A DNA stretch of 64,000 nucleotides from Smithella sp. (GCA_039679455.1 JBDKUX010000154.1:22552-86551), one strand, 5' to 3'; shown: positions 9,949-21,107, numbered from the stretch's first letter. Made by a program: numbers and translations. The notes: generated by a model not told the origin, from the sequence alone.

Positions 9949-10309
9949 TAATCGGCCCTTACAGTAGATCTTATTCGACACTGATATCAACAACACAAAT
10001 ACCATAAGCGATCAGTGCCTATTTCTCATCCAAACTCTTATACCGTGCCATCATGGAAATTTCGAACAATAAGACCGGAACATTGTGAAACAATTCACAT
10101 TATATCTAACTCGGCTTTTATAATATAAACTTTAAATATATGGTATTTTCCGGTACATTCCAGCGGAATGACTGGTGACGAATGCAGAACTCAAATTCAA
10201 TAATATGCTGGGACTGACAGGACTTTTACTATTCTTCCCAACGAACTATTTGATTAAACGGAAAGCAGGTATTATATAAGAACAGTTTATCAAATAATTG
10301 AGGCCTATA

Positions 10310-11221
10310 ATGAATATAGCGCAAGACAGAGACAAAAGATTCGGCATGGCGAATCGCATCATCACTATTGGTTTCTGGATTAATGCCGTACTGATGGCGA
10401 TGAAGCTGCTTGCCGGTTATTTCGGTAAATCCGAAGCCGTTTTTGCCGATGGTATTGAGAGCGCCTGCGATTTTGTCGCCATCATCGCCACGCTGATTGC
10501 TCTCAAGGTGGGATGCAAATCGGTTGACCGGGAACATCCTTATGGACACGGCAAGGCCGAATGCATCTCCGCCATCTTTGTTTCTTTGATTATTCTTGCT
10601 GCCGGTGGCGGCATCCTGTACAAGGCGGCCATCACCTTCATTCACGGAGACTACCCTGAACCGCACTTGATTGCCGTTGCGGCTGCCTTCACGACTATAT
10701 TAGTAAAAGAGATCCTTTTTCACTATACCCACCGTGTTGCCATACTGCTCGAAAGCCCCGCCGTAGATGCAATTGCCAAAGATCATCGCAAAGATGCACT
10801 GACTTCCATCGCCACATTGATCGGTGTTACCGGCGCGTACTTCGGCATTGTTTTTTTAGACCCGCTCGCCGCTGCTCTCACCTCATTTTTTATTTTTTAT
10901 ATCGGCATAACAACTTTCAAAAAAAGTTGTCACGACCTGATGGATGGTCAACCTCCCCAGGAAATATTGACACAAATTAGCAGTACAGCCGAAGAAATTA
11001 CCGGAGTTGCTCGTGTTCATGAGATAAGAGGAAGGCGCTCCGGACAATATCTGATCATAGATTTAAAACTGGAAATGGACCCGGACTTGACCGTGAAACA
11101 ATCGCACGACATAGCAACCAATGTCAAAATCCTTATCTTCAAGCGTTTCTCCAATGTAGGAGACGTTATGATTCACATCAACCCCTCCAACGAAGAACAT
11201 GAAGACTTAATAAGATTATAG
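10310..11221 (+). CDS. cation diffusion facilitator family transporter
   Basis: TM domain with the CDF metal-site pattern (ADGIESACD...HPYGHGKAE) and a C-terminal cytoplasmic domain (HEIRGRRSGQYLIIDLKLEM...IHINP). The track start at 10298 is TTG; the ATG at 10310 follows GAGG. Confidence 0.85.
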   Translation: MNIAQDRDKRFGMANRIITIGFWINAVLMAMKLLAGYFGKSEAVFADGIESACDFVAIIATLIALKVGCKSVDREHPYGHGKAECISAIFVSLIILAAGGGILYKAAITFIHGDYPEPHLIAVAAAFTTILVKEILFHYTHRVAILLESPAVDAIAKDHRKDALTSIATLIGVTGAYFGIVFLDPLAAALTSFFIFYIGITTFKKSCHDLMDGQPPQEILTQISSTAEEITGVARVHEIRGRRSGQYLIIDLKLEMDPDLTVKQSHDIATNVKILIFKRFSNVGDVMIHINPSNEEHEDLIRL

Positions 11222-11354
11222 CCGGATTTTGATGTTTGATTCCGACTAATCGGCGAAAATTGTCTTGATTTTACTCGTGTGATGAGTTAAACAAGCCCCT
11301 CTCATAATAAAGCTGTTTTATTATGATATTATTGTGAAATTGAAAGGATATTTC

Positions 11355-13436
11355 ATGGCAAAGTACGACTCCAAATCCCTCAGAAATCTGGCCGTTGTCG
11401 GCCACGGCAGTACAGGTAAAACCTCTCTTTGTGAATCAATTTTATTTACCTCCGGAAAAAGCGAACGGCTCGGTCGCGTCGATGATGCCAGTTCGGTTAT
11501 GGATTTTGAACCCGAAGAACAAAAACGACGAAGTTCCATCAGTTCAGCGGCAAATTTTGTCGAATGGGATAAACATAAAATCAATTTTATTGATACGCCG
11601 GGCGATTCCAATTTCTCCTTTGATATAAAATGTTCATTGAGCGTCGTGGATAACGCCGTCATCGTCATTGATGCGGTCAGCGGTGTGGAATTTCAGACTC
11701 AAAAAGTTTGGGAATTTGCCGATGAGTATGATCTCCCGCGGGCTATTTTCATTAACAGAATGGATCGTGAACGCGCCAACTTTAACAAAGCTCTGGAAAG
11801 CATAAAAAACAGTTTCAAGAGAAAAGTAACCCCCATCTGCCTGCCTGTCGGTGCAGAGGATAAATTCAACGGCATTATTGATCTGATCAATTTCAAAGCC
11901 TATTCATTCACTGACAACAAAGGAATAGGTAAGGCTGCTGATATTCCGGCAGAATTGATGGAGGAAGCTAAATCCTTCCGCGACACAATGGTCGAGGATA
12001 TTGCGGAATGTGATGATGAACTGATGAACAAATATCTGGAAGAGGGCGAGCTTTCCGCTGAAGAACTTAAAGCCGGATTGAAAAAAGGGGTCTCCTCCGG
12101 CAATCTGATTCCTCTCATCTGCGGCTCGGCGCTAAAAGGAATCGGTGTTTCCCTGCTGCTCGATATGGTCGTCAATTCTTTCCGTTCTCCTGCCGAATGC
12201 GCACCCCACAAGGGTAAAAAACCGGGCACCGATACCGTGGAAGAAAGAATGCCTGCCGAAGACGCGCCCTTCTCCGCTATCGTTTTCAAGACCATTGCCG
12301 ATCCCTACGCCGGACGATTAACATTGTTCCGTGTATACTCCGGAAAGCTTGCCTCTGACACCGCCGTTTACAATTCCACAAAGAAGATTACGGAAAAATT
12401 CGGTCATGTCTTCTTCCTGGAAGGTAAAAATCAAAAACAGGCTGAAGAATTGATTCCCGGCGACATAGCCGGTGTCGCGAAACTTAAAGATACCGTTACC
12501 GGCGACACCCTCTGCATGGAAAAAGCGCCGATCATTTTTGACAGCGTGGAAGTGCCCAATCCCATCATGTCCTTTGCCATCGAACCCAAAACAAGGGGTG
12601 ATGAAGATAAGATTGCTTCATCCATTCATCGACTGACGGAAGAAGACCCGACAATCGTATTCTCCCGTAATGTCGAAACCAAGGAAATGATACTTTCGGG
12701 AATGGGTCAGGTGCATATCGAAGTCAACATCGAAAAGATGAAAAGAAAATTCGGTGTTGAAGTCAATTTGAACACGCCCAAGGTTCCTTACAAAGAAACC
12801 ATCAAGGGGAAGACCAACGTTCAGGGTAAATACAAGAAACAGTCGGGCGGCCGCGGTCAATTTGGCGATTGCTGGATTGACATTGAGCCATTGCCCCGCG
12901 GTGGCGGTTTCATATTTGAAGATAAAATTGTCGGTGGTGTAATTCCGGGACAATATCGTCCGGCTGTCGAGAAGGGTATCGTGGAAGCAGCGGCCAAAGG
13001 CGTCATCGCCGGTTATCCTGTTGTCGATTTCAAAGTGGCATTGACCTTCGGTTCCTACCATACGGTAGATTCGTCGGAAATGGCTTTTAAAATTGCCGGT
13101 TCTATGGCTTTCCAGAAAGGCGTCGAGCAATGCCAGCCGATTTTACTGGAACCCATCGTTAACATTAGTATCGAAGTTCCCGACGAATACATGGGCGACG
13201 TCATCGGTGATTTAAACAGTCGTCGAGGACGAGTTCTCGGCATGGAATCCCATGGCTCCAATCAGGTAATCAAGGGGCAGGTACCGCTGGCTGAAATTTT
13301 AAAGTACGCCCCCGATCTGCGTTCCATGACCAGCGGCCGGGGTAATTTTACCTACACTGAGTCCCACTACGAAGAAGTGCCGGCTTTCATCGCAGAAAAG
13401 ATTATTGCCGAATCGAAGAAAGAGAAAGAAGAATAA
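11355..13436 (+). CDS. elongation factor G paralogue (EF-G-like GTPase)
   Basis: Full EF-G domain architecture. The G1 motif is GHGSTGKT, where canonical EF-G has AHIDAGKTT, followed by DTPG and NRMD. The ATG at 11355 follows AAAGGA; the track start at 11334 is an extension. Confidence 0.85.
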   Translation: MAKYDSKSLRNLAVVGHGSTGKTSLCESILFTSGKSERLGRVDDASSVMDFEPEEQKRRSSISSAANFVEWDKHKINFIDTPGDSNFSFDIKCSLSVVDNAVIVIDAVSGVEFQTQKVWEFADEYDLPRAIFINRMDRERANFNKALESIKNSFKRKVTPICLPVGAEDKFNGIIDLINFKAYSFTDNKGIGKAADIPAELMEEAKSFRDTMVEDIAECDDELMNKYLEEGELSAEELKAGLKKGVSSGNLIPLICGSALKGIGVSLLLDMVVNSFRSPAECAPHKGKKPGTDTVEERMPAEDAPFSAIVFKTIADPYAGRLTLFRVYSGKLASDTAVYNSTKKITEKFGHVFFLEGKNQKQAEELIPGDIAGVAKLKDTVTGDTLCMEKAPIIFDSVEVPNPIMSFAIEPKTRGDEDKIASSIHRLTEEDPTIVFSRNVETKEMILSGMGQVHIEVNIEKMKRKFGVEVNLNTPKVPYKETIKGKTNVQGKYKKQSGGRGQFGDCWIDIEPLPRGGGFIFEDKIVGGVIPGQYRPAVEKGIVEAAAKGVIAGYPVVDFKVALTFGSYHTVDSSEMAFKIAGSMAFQKGVEQCQPILLEPIVNISIEVPDEYMGDVIGDLNSRRGRVLGMESHGSNQVIKGQVPLAEILKYAPDLRSMTSGRGNFTYTESHYEEVPAFIAEKIIAESKKEKEE

Positions 13437-13463
13437 AGCAGAAAAACGAAAAATTGAAACCTG

Positions 13464-13499
13464 GACCGCCGTTGCTTGTAAACGGCGGTCTTTTTATTT
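13464..13499 (+). terminator. rho-independent terminator after the EF-G paralogue
   Basis: Perfect 10-bp stem GACCGCCGTT (13464-13473) / AACGGCGGTC (13481-13490) with a 7-nt loop, followed by TTTTTATTT. Confidence 0.8.
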
Positions 13500-13526
13500 C
13501 GGGCACAATGATAATATTACAACGAG

Positions 13527-14021
13527 TTATGTGTGCAGGCTTTTTTCATTCTGGTATATGGACAACTCTTTCAGGAACTGCAGAGAATTACGCCGATGAG
13601 TCCCCTCCCAGAAGATGCGCCGACAGCGTGGACATTTATGAAATGCATGGCAATTAGCGAAAACATAGGGCGGCACCAGGTTGTACACTTCTTCTTTCTC
13701 AACCGGCTCCAGCCTTTCATTGCATTTAAGGCAGATGCTGAACATTTTTTCTTTCTGAAGGATTAAGGAATATTCAGCAATCACTTCCTGAAGCTGACTG
13801 CCGACATCAGTACCCTTAACAAAATATAATTGTCCGGAAAACTGGCGCTTCAGCATATCCCGCCTTCTGGTTAGAACAATTCTTTTTTCGGAAGCAGCCA
13901 GATTCAGCAAATTCCTGCCGGCTTCATACGAGTATACAATCGTATCATAACCAACGAGCCGCAGCCATTTGGCTAATTTAGACAAGGTGCCGTCTGCGAG
14001 ATACTTTGGATCTTCAGACAT
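13527..14021 (-). CDS. Mut7-C RNase domain (DUF82, PIN-like plus zinc ribbon) protein
   Basis: ADGTLSKLAKWLRLVGYDT... followed by CxxC...CPRC zinc-ribbon cysteines (CLKCN, CPRCRR). The ATG at 14021 (MSEDPKYLADG) is preferred over the track start at 14093. Confidence 0.7.
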   Translation of the reverse strand: MSEDPKYLADGTLSKLAKWLRLVGYDTIVYSYEAGRNLLNLAASEKRIVLTRRRDMLKRQFSGQLYFVKGTDVGSQLQEVIAEYSLILQKEKMFSICLKCNERLEPVEKEEVYNLVPPYVFANCHAFHKCPRCRRIFWEGTHRRNSLQFLKELSIYQNEKSLHT

Positions 14022-14328
14022 TTTGCGGGGGTATTTTAGACTCTTCGATGATCGGGGGTGGTTCATTGGCGCGAAGTTCTTTGCGCAAATCACGAATGGT
14101 CTTATTCAAACGACTGATGTTCCGGTTTAAACGAAATCTTTCGATTATGCCCAGAAAACCGGTAACAACTACCCCTATCAGAAGAGCTATAAAAAGCAGC
14201 ACGTATATGGGAACAAACATGTCAAAAAAATTATAATATTTAAGATGAACCGGCGCTGAATTCTCCAGAGAAAAAGTAACAATAAAAAAAGCAAATATTA
14301 TAAATAAAATTAAATAAACCACTTTCAT
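14014..14328 (-). CDS. LapA-domain (DUF1049) inner-membrane protein
   Basis: MKVVYLILFIIFAFFIVTFSLENS...VLLFIALLIGVVVTGFLG gives two TM helices, followed by a basic coiled tail. The ATG at 14328 is preceded by GGAGG. The track ORF extends into the HIT gene. Confidence 0.6.
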   Translation of the reverse strand: MKVVYLILFIIFAFFIVTFSLENSAPVHLKYYNFFDMFVPIYVLLFIALLIGVVVTGFLGIIERFRLNRNISRLNKTIRDLRKELRANEPPPIIEESKIPPQNV

Positions 14329-14332
14329 CTCA

Positions 14333-14818
14333 TTAATCCTCCCGATGATATTTCTGAAAAAGAGGGGCAAGCTTTTTCGCCGTTGTTTCCAAATCCTCCG
14401 GTACAATCCGCACATCACTTACAACGCTCATAAAGTTTGAATCGCCTTCCCAACGAGGAATTACATGCATGTGGATATGCTCTTCAATACCAGCCCCGGA
14501 TGCTTTGCCGATATTGAAACCTATATTAAAACCACCAGGATTCATCGCTTCCTTAAGCACTCTTATTGATGTGTCCAATAATGTAAATATTTCAATTCTT
14601 TCTTCTTGAGTTAAATCTTCAATTTCAGCAACATGACGCGTTGGGATAATCATCAAATGACCAGTGTTGTAAGGATATCTGTTCATCATAACAAAACAAC
14701 ATTTGCCTTCATGCATTATATAATCATCGCATCTGATCGAACTTTTACAAAATATACAGCCCTTTGGTTTTTCCCCTTTAATATATTCCATCCGACACGG
14801 TGCAAAAATTGTTTCCAT
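14333..14818 (-). CDS. HIT family hydrolase
   Basis: Histidine triad HIHMHVIPR and N-terminal Cys pairs (CIFC). Confidence 0.85.
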   Translation of the reverse strand: METIFAPCRMEYIKGEKPKGCIFCKSSIRCDDYIMHEGKCCFVMMNRYPYNTGHLMIIPTRHVAEIEDLTQEERIEIFTLLDTSIRVLKEAMNPGGFNIGFNIGKASGAGIEEHIHMHVIPRWEGDSNFMSVVSDVRIVPEDLETTAKKLAPLFQKYHRED

Positions 14819-14826
14819 ATTCCAAC

Positions 14827-15324
14827 CTAAATATTTATTATCTTACCTGTTATCGCCTTGTCAATTTCTAATATACCTACGGATCTATGCGGTGCGAAAC
14901 GTTTGTCTGTTGGTGATCCGGGATTAAAAAAAAATACGCCGCCTTTTTTATGGCAAGCCGGAATGTGGGTGTGCCCATAAATAATGCAATCCAGTTTGCC
15001 TAATCTGGCTAGTATTCTTTCCTCTATTCCCGCAGGAGATCCCCATCCGTGGATAACTCCAAACTGAAATCCCTTTATTTCAAAAAACAACTGTTCGGGT
15101 AATTCCTCTCTGACGGAAGTATAATCCATGTTGCCGCAGACTGCCTTAATCTCTTTGTCGGCAAACATATCCAATACACGCAAATCGACTAAATCTCCGG
15201 CATGAATAATTATATCCACATCGCCAAAATGCTTATTGATGATGGTTTCTAATCTTTGGTCATAACCGGGAAGATGTGTATCGGAAATGACGCCTATTTT
15301 TATTTTTTCCATTGCCATAATCAT
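14827..15324 (-). CDS. YfcE/MJ0936-family metallophosphoesterase
   Basis: Motifs ISDTH, GD(L)VD, GNMD, GHTH. The start could be the ATG at 15324, 15318 or 15312. Confidence 0.8.
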   Translation of the reverse strand: MIMAMEKIKIGVISDTHLPGYDQRLETIINKHFGDVDIIIHAGDLVDLRVLDMFADKEIKAVCGNMDYTSVREELPEQLFFEIKGFQFGVIHGWGSPAGIEERILARLGKLDCIIYGHTHIPACHKKGGVFFFNPGSPTDKRFAPHRSVGILEIDKAITGKIINI

Positions 15325-15432
15325 CCCGGATTATTAACGGCAAGATATAAAAAAAACAAGTTTTATTTCTTTTTAACCACGGCAAAAGCTTTTAATTTGA
15401 CTTTAAATAAAAGTGAAGTTAATATTTACACC

Positions 15433-17729
<2,297 letters not shown>

Positions 17730-17732
17730 TGT

Positions 17733-18005
17733 ATGAAGCGCGTACGACTTCATATATGCGGTCTGGTTCAGGGGGTGTGCTTTCGGGCGGCAACAAGACA
17801 AATCGCCACGAAATTAAATCTCACCGGCTGGGTGCGCAACATGAAAGACCGACGTGTCGAAGCCATTTTTGAAGGTGAGGATGCCGCTGTAGAAAAAATT
17901 GTTGAATGGTGTCAGGTCGGCCCGCCTTCAGCCCGCGTGGATAAAGTCATAATGATGGAAGAGCAATACACGGGCTTGTTTTCCGGCTTCAGCATAAAGT
18001 ATTAA
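17733..18005 (+). CDS. acyP: acylphosphatase
   Basis: 90 aa with GLVQGVCFRAATRQIA...GWVRN, the acylphosphatase signature. Confidence 0.85.
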   Translation: MKRVRLHICGLVQGVCFRAATRQIATKLNLTGWVRNMKDRRVEAIFEGEDAAVEKIVEWCQVGPPSARVDKVIMMEEQYTGLFSGFSIKY

Positions 18006-18009
18006 TCGC

Positions 18010-18477
18010 CTATAAGCTGCATCCAATCTTTTCCAGCAATCTATTGAGGAATTCCAGTTGCCCCTTTAATATTTTTTCCCTGGCCTCTTGAATGTCAAAC
18101 CACCGCCCCTTATCAACTTCCGGATACTCCCTGGTGATGCCGCTCTTTGGCGGCCACTCCAGACTGAAGGTATTGCTGATAATTTTAGACGTGTCGAAGT
18201 CATGCTCCAAAGCCCACGCATGTACTATTTTCCTGCTCGGTTGTTTAACTTCCCCCAGATCGATAAACTCTCCGTCCACATCCTGTCCAGTTTCTTCTTT
18301 AAATTCACGTTTGGCGGCATCGAGGGAATCCTCGCCTTCCTCGTACATTCCTTTGCAAACCGACCATGCTCCATCGTCCTTCTTTGCCCAGAAAGGACCG
18401 CCGGGATGCACGAGCATAACCAGAAGCTTTCCTTCATTAAAGCGATATAACAGTATGCCTGCACTGCGAACGCTCAT
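18010..18477 (-). CDS. NUDIX hydrolase
   Basis: NUDIX box GMYEEGEDSLDAAKREFKEETGQ. Confidence 0.8.
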   Translation of the reverse strand: MSVRSAGILLYRFNEGKLLVMLVHPGGPFWAKKDDGAWSVCKGMYEEGEDSLDAAKREFKEETGQDVDGEFIDLGEVKQPSRKIVHAWALEHDFDTSKIISNTFSLEWPPKSGITREYPEVDKGRWFDIQEAREKILKGQLEFLNRLLEKIGCSL

Positions 18478-18590
18478 GACCTGCCTCTCTTCCAGATATT
18501 CTAATACGATTTTTTTACAGCCGCCAGCAGTAAGTGCTTTAAATGCTAACGAACCTGGATAATATCCCGGCCAAAAAAATGCAATACTTA

Positions 18591-18619
18591 TTGATAATGC
18601 AATCGAATTAAAGTATTAA
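18591..18619 (+). promoter_or_regulatory. candidate sigma70-type promoter for the 18721 gene
   Basis: TTGATA (18591-18596), a 17-nt spacer, then TATTAA (18614-18619), about 100 nt upstream of the ATG. Called by pattern only. Confidence 0.25.
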
Positions 18620-18720
18620 ATATAAATAATCAGGGATGTAAAGCCAACAGTTCCGTCAGCGTTTTGCGCTGATCCATATTAACAACGGCGGACTTTTATA
18701 ATCGAAGGCGGAGGCCAACT

Positions 18721-19680
18721 ATGTTTACGTTTGCACAGAAACATAATATAGTTCAGCAGACCAGGTCTACGATTTCCGGTTGGAGTCACTCCAGGCAAAG
18801 CCGTGAGGTAAATTCGATCCTTCACTTACAGCGCACAAACGGCATACAGAGGATTTTAGATGAAAACAAAAGGAAGACAGCGGCCAAAGAAGCCTCTATC
18901 GGCACAGAGACTTCGCGTTTCGATCATGACTTTAGTCGGATTCCCGTGCATTCCGAAAAGCCTTTTTTGAGCTTGGCCAAACCATCACACCCGGCGCCGA
19001 CGGGGTCGCACTCGACGCAGGGAGGATCGACAATCTCCGGACGTGCTCCCGGCGAAAACGAGAACAATCCTGGGCTCATCGGTGGCGTCATCTCCACTGC
19101 CGCCGGTAACTTCGTGAGTGGCATTGCAGCGCAGTTGACGGGGATCGGCATCAACACAGCCGACACCCACGCGGCAACATGGAACCCTCACGGGGCCTTC
19201 AACTGGCGCATTACATGGAACATGACAGGGAAAAACGTGGGTGCGACCACCAACGGGTGGCTGGTTCAGAACGTTAACAACACATACTCCGGTGTCGACT
19301 CCGCAGGCGCTGTGATCACCACGGCGCGTGTGGGCGCGACACCGAGCTATTACGAAGCCTGGCCGGTTGTCGCCGGCGCTGTGCAACAACCTTGGGGCGG
19401 AGTGTCCGACGACACCTGGGGACGGCCGGACCTTTCCGTGTGGCCCACTGTGGCCGACGCCGGTACGAAGGGTCGCTGGTCGATGACCAGCAAGGTCTAC
19501 TTCACAACCACTGATCCCACAGCCCACGGCTTGGCTCGACGTAACGTAGCCGACGCGGGAGACCTTCCTTCAGCGGTCGCCGCCCCGCCGGATCTGGGCG
19601 TTATCCGCCTGCAACGGTATGCCCGCGGGACCTGGGACAGCACAGGGCCTGCTCCTGTCCATACAGGAGAGAACGGCTGA
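18721..19680 (+). CDS. DUF4157-leader protein with a foreign, high-GC C-terminal domain of unknown function (polymorphic-toxin-like architecture)
   Basis: The N-terminal ~85 aa contain LHLQRTNGIQRIL and FDHDFSRIPVH, the two hallmark motifs at the start of DUF4157-family proteins. No HExxH follows them. Around 18970 the DNA composition jumps from about 40-43% to about 58-67% GC (hand counts on 60-nt lines). The C-terminal ~230 aa are Gly/Thr/Trp-rich with no motif I recognise. Confidence 0.7.
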   Translation: MFTFAQKHNIVQQTRSTISGWSHSRQSREVNSILHLQRTNGIQRILDENKRKTAAKEASIGTETSRFDHDFSRIPVHSEKPFLSLAKPSHPAPTGSHSTQGGSTISGRAPGENENNPGLIGGVISTAAGNFVSGIAAQLTGIGINTADTHAATWNPHGAFNWRITWNMTGKNVGATTNGWLVQNVNNTYSGVDSAGAVITTARVGATPSYYEAWPVVAGAVQQPWGGVSDDTWGRPDLSVWPTVADAGTKGRWSMTSKVYFTTTDPTAHGLARRNVADAGDLPSAVAAPPDLGVIRLQRYARGTWDSTGPAPVHTGENG

Positions 19681-19708
19681 TGCGACACGTAAAAGCGACT
19701 TTTGACCG

Positions 19709-20392
19709 GTGGCGACACTCCGGACCACTACCTGCAGCATCCGGGATTTGATGGATGGAGCCGTCTCCGCTGTTCCTACTACTTCAAGAGGTATTATTAA
19801 CGTGACTCTTCTCGCCGCCGCAGCCAGTTCGGTCTTCACCACCTTTAACCCGGGTGTTTTGGTTGCCGTGGTAAACACACTGCTTGCCCTAGGCAAGTAC
19901 GGCGCACTGGACGCTGTCGAGCGCCGGCTCGCCGAGGCTGACCGTATCGCTGATCCACAACACGGTCTATTCCTCATCCTGCGTCTTCTGTTTGAAGTCC
20001 CTGCCGATCCGGGTTTCCACCCGCCTATGCACATTGGAATCCCGAATGTCGCAGCGCCCAGGGACGCAAAGACTCTGCCCCATTTCCCACTGATTGTCGT
20101 GGACGACATCCCTCTTCTATTGATAACAACGTTCATTATGGGAGGCTCCCCCGAATTGGTCGAAGCCCACTTAAAGCACTTCCACGATAACGGCACCCTT
20201 CGAACTGCCCCCCTTACACCGAAAACCTTTTTAAGCCCGGCCAAAATTATCGGCCATCTCATCCCGCTTTACCGTAACGCCTATGGGATTGAACCGGCAC
20301 CGGCCCAGATCAAAATGCTCGAACAGCAATTGCGGCGTATGCAAATTTCGACAAATGGGAAGCCTGGGAGTCTGTCGGATTCACCTTCCTGA
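19709..20392 (+). CDS. hypothetical protein encoded in the same high-GC insert (candidate cognate or immunity-like partner)
   Basis: The amino-acid composition looks natural on the + strand, whereas the overlapping minus-strand ORF is Arg/Ser/Ala-rich, as expected for a shadow ORF. The track start at 19709 is GTG, with an alternative ATG at 19751 (MDGAVSAV). GC decays from about 62% to about 47% along the gene. No recognised motif. Confidence 0.5.
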   Translation: MATLRTTTCSIRDLMDGAVSAVPTTSRGIINVTLLAAAASSVFTTFNPGVLVAVVNTLLALGKYGALDAVERRLAEADRIADPQHGLFLILRLLFEVPADPGFHPPMHIGIPNVAAPRDAKTLPHFPLIVVDDIPLLLITTFIMGGSPELVEAHLKHFHDNGTLRTAPLTPKTFLSPAKIIGHLIPLYRNAYGIEPAPAQIKMLEQQLRRMQISTNGKPGSLSDSPS

Positions 20393-20421
20393 TTTAACAG
20401 TCATTAACATTACCTCAATTT

Positions 20422-20667
20422 TTGCCATCAGCGTTTGCTCTTGATATTCAAGGCTTATGGAAACATCGATGTTACTTGAAAGATGCGAGCATCGAGCATT
20501 ATTCAGGCAATAGTTCCTGGTATTTTTGGACAGCCATCACGCCGAACGGCTCCGCATATAAATGCCAGGCTTTTTCCGGTGACAAGACAAGTTACTGCAG
20601 AGAAATTAAAATCAACGACTCCGAAAAAAAAGAAGAAAGTTCCCAGAAGATAAGCAGTAACAAATAG
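20422..20667 (+). CDS. questionable small ORF (81 aa, TTG start)
   Basis: Open frame only. It has four Cys and a Lys/Ser/Glu-rich tail, no SD sequence, and overlaps an equally long antisense ORF. Confidence 0.2.
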   Translation: MPSAFALDIQGLWKHRCYLKDASIEHYSGNSSWYFWTAITPNGSAYKCQAFSGDKTSYCREIKINDSEKKEESSQKISSNK

Positions 20668-21107
20668 GAAGGTGACATCCCAAAGTCTTAAGTTATGTCG
20701 ATTGCACGTCATGAATAACTTCCTGCTTATCAAGCGTTCGCTGATTTTTCTATTTATACGTTAGTACTATCGGAAATAAATTGTTAACCTTTATCGGGAC
20801 ACTGAATATCCATGGGATGACCATGGCCAGTTTTAACACTCCAAGTATTTAAACTGACACACAAACGGGACATCCCTTCAAACAAATAACAATCATTATT
20901 TCGCCTAAATTATACCTATCAATATATTGCACTTGTTAAAAAAAGTGCAAAGTATTAAACCTAAAGCTTATTTTGAAGATTTAAAAGTTTATTGTTTTTA
21001 TCGATCTGCTTTATGTTTTGCCAGTCTCGGAATTTAACAGTGTGACAGGGCTATAACTGATTTAACAAGTCTTTATACTACAATCACTGAACAGAAGGAG
21101 GGAAACA

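Noticed and set aside
10034-10050. Perfect sigma-54 -24 element (TGGCAC on the minus strand, 10045-10050) upstream of the pseudopilin gene
   Set aside because: The sequence at the -12 position reads AAGAG rather than TTGC(A/T), so the bipartite GG-N10-GC promoter is not met. I kept it only as a note because pilin genes are often sigma-54 dependent.
10150-10309. Possible metal (NiCo/czcD-type) riboswitch in the 300-nt leader of the CDF transporter gene (..GCTGGGACTGACAGGAC..)
   Set aside because: I saw only a short resemblance. I could not build the multi-helix junction or find the conserved core by eye. It needs a covariance-model scan (Rfam RF02683) before any claim.
13527-14021. Mut7-C/PIN-like RNase considered as the toxin of a toxin-antitoxin pair
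   Set aside because: There is no small partner gene with antitoxin features. Its neighbours are a LapA-domain membrane protein and a HIT hydrolase in an ordinary housekeeping string.
18985-20262. Long minus-strand ORFs (18985-19527, 180 aa; 19570-20262, 230 aa; also 18924-19166 and 19497-19718) overlapping the high-GC cassette
   Set aside because: Their products are Arg/Ser/Ala/Gly/Pro-rich and low-complexity (for example RRRRMRNRPCCGSAIRSASASRR). This is typical of shadow frames, which stay open by chance in GC-rich DNA. The plus-strand frames have natural composition and G/C-rich third positions.
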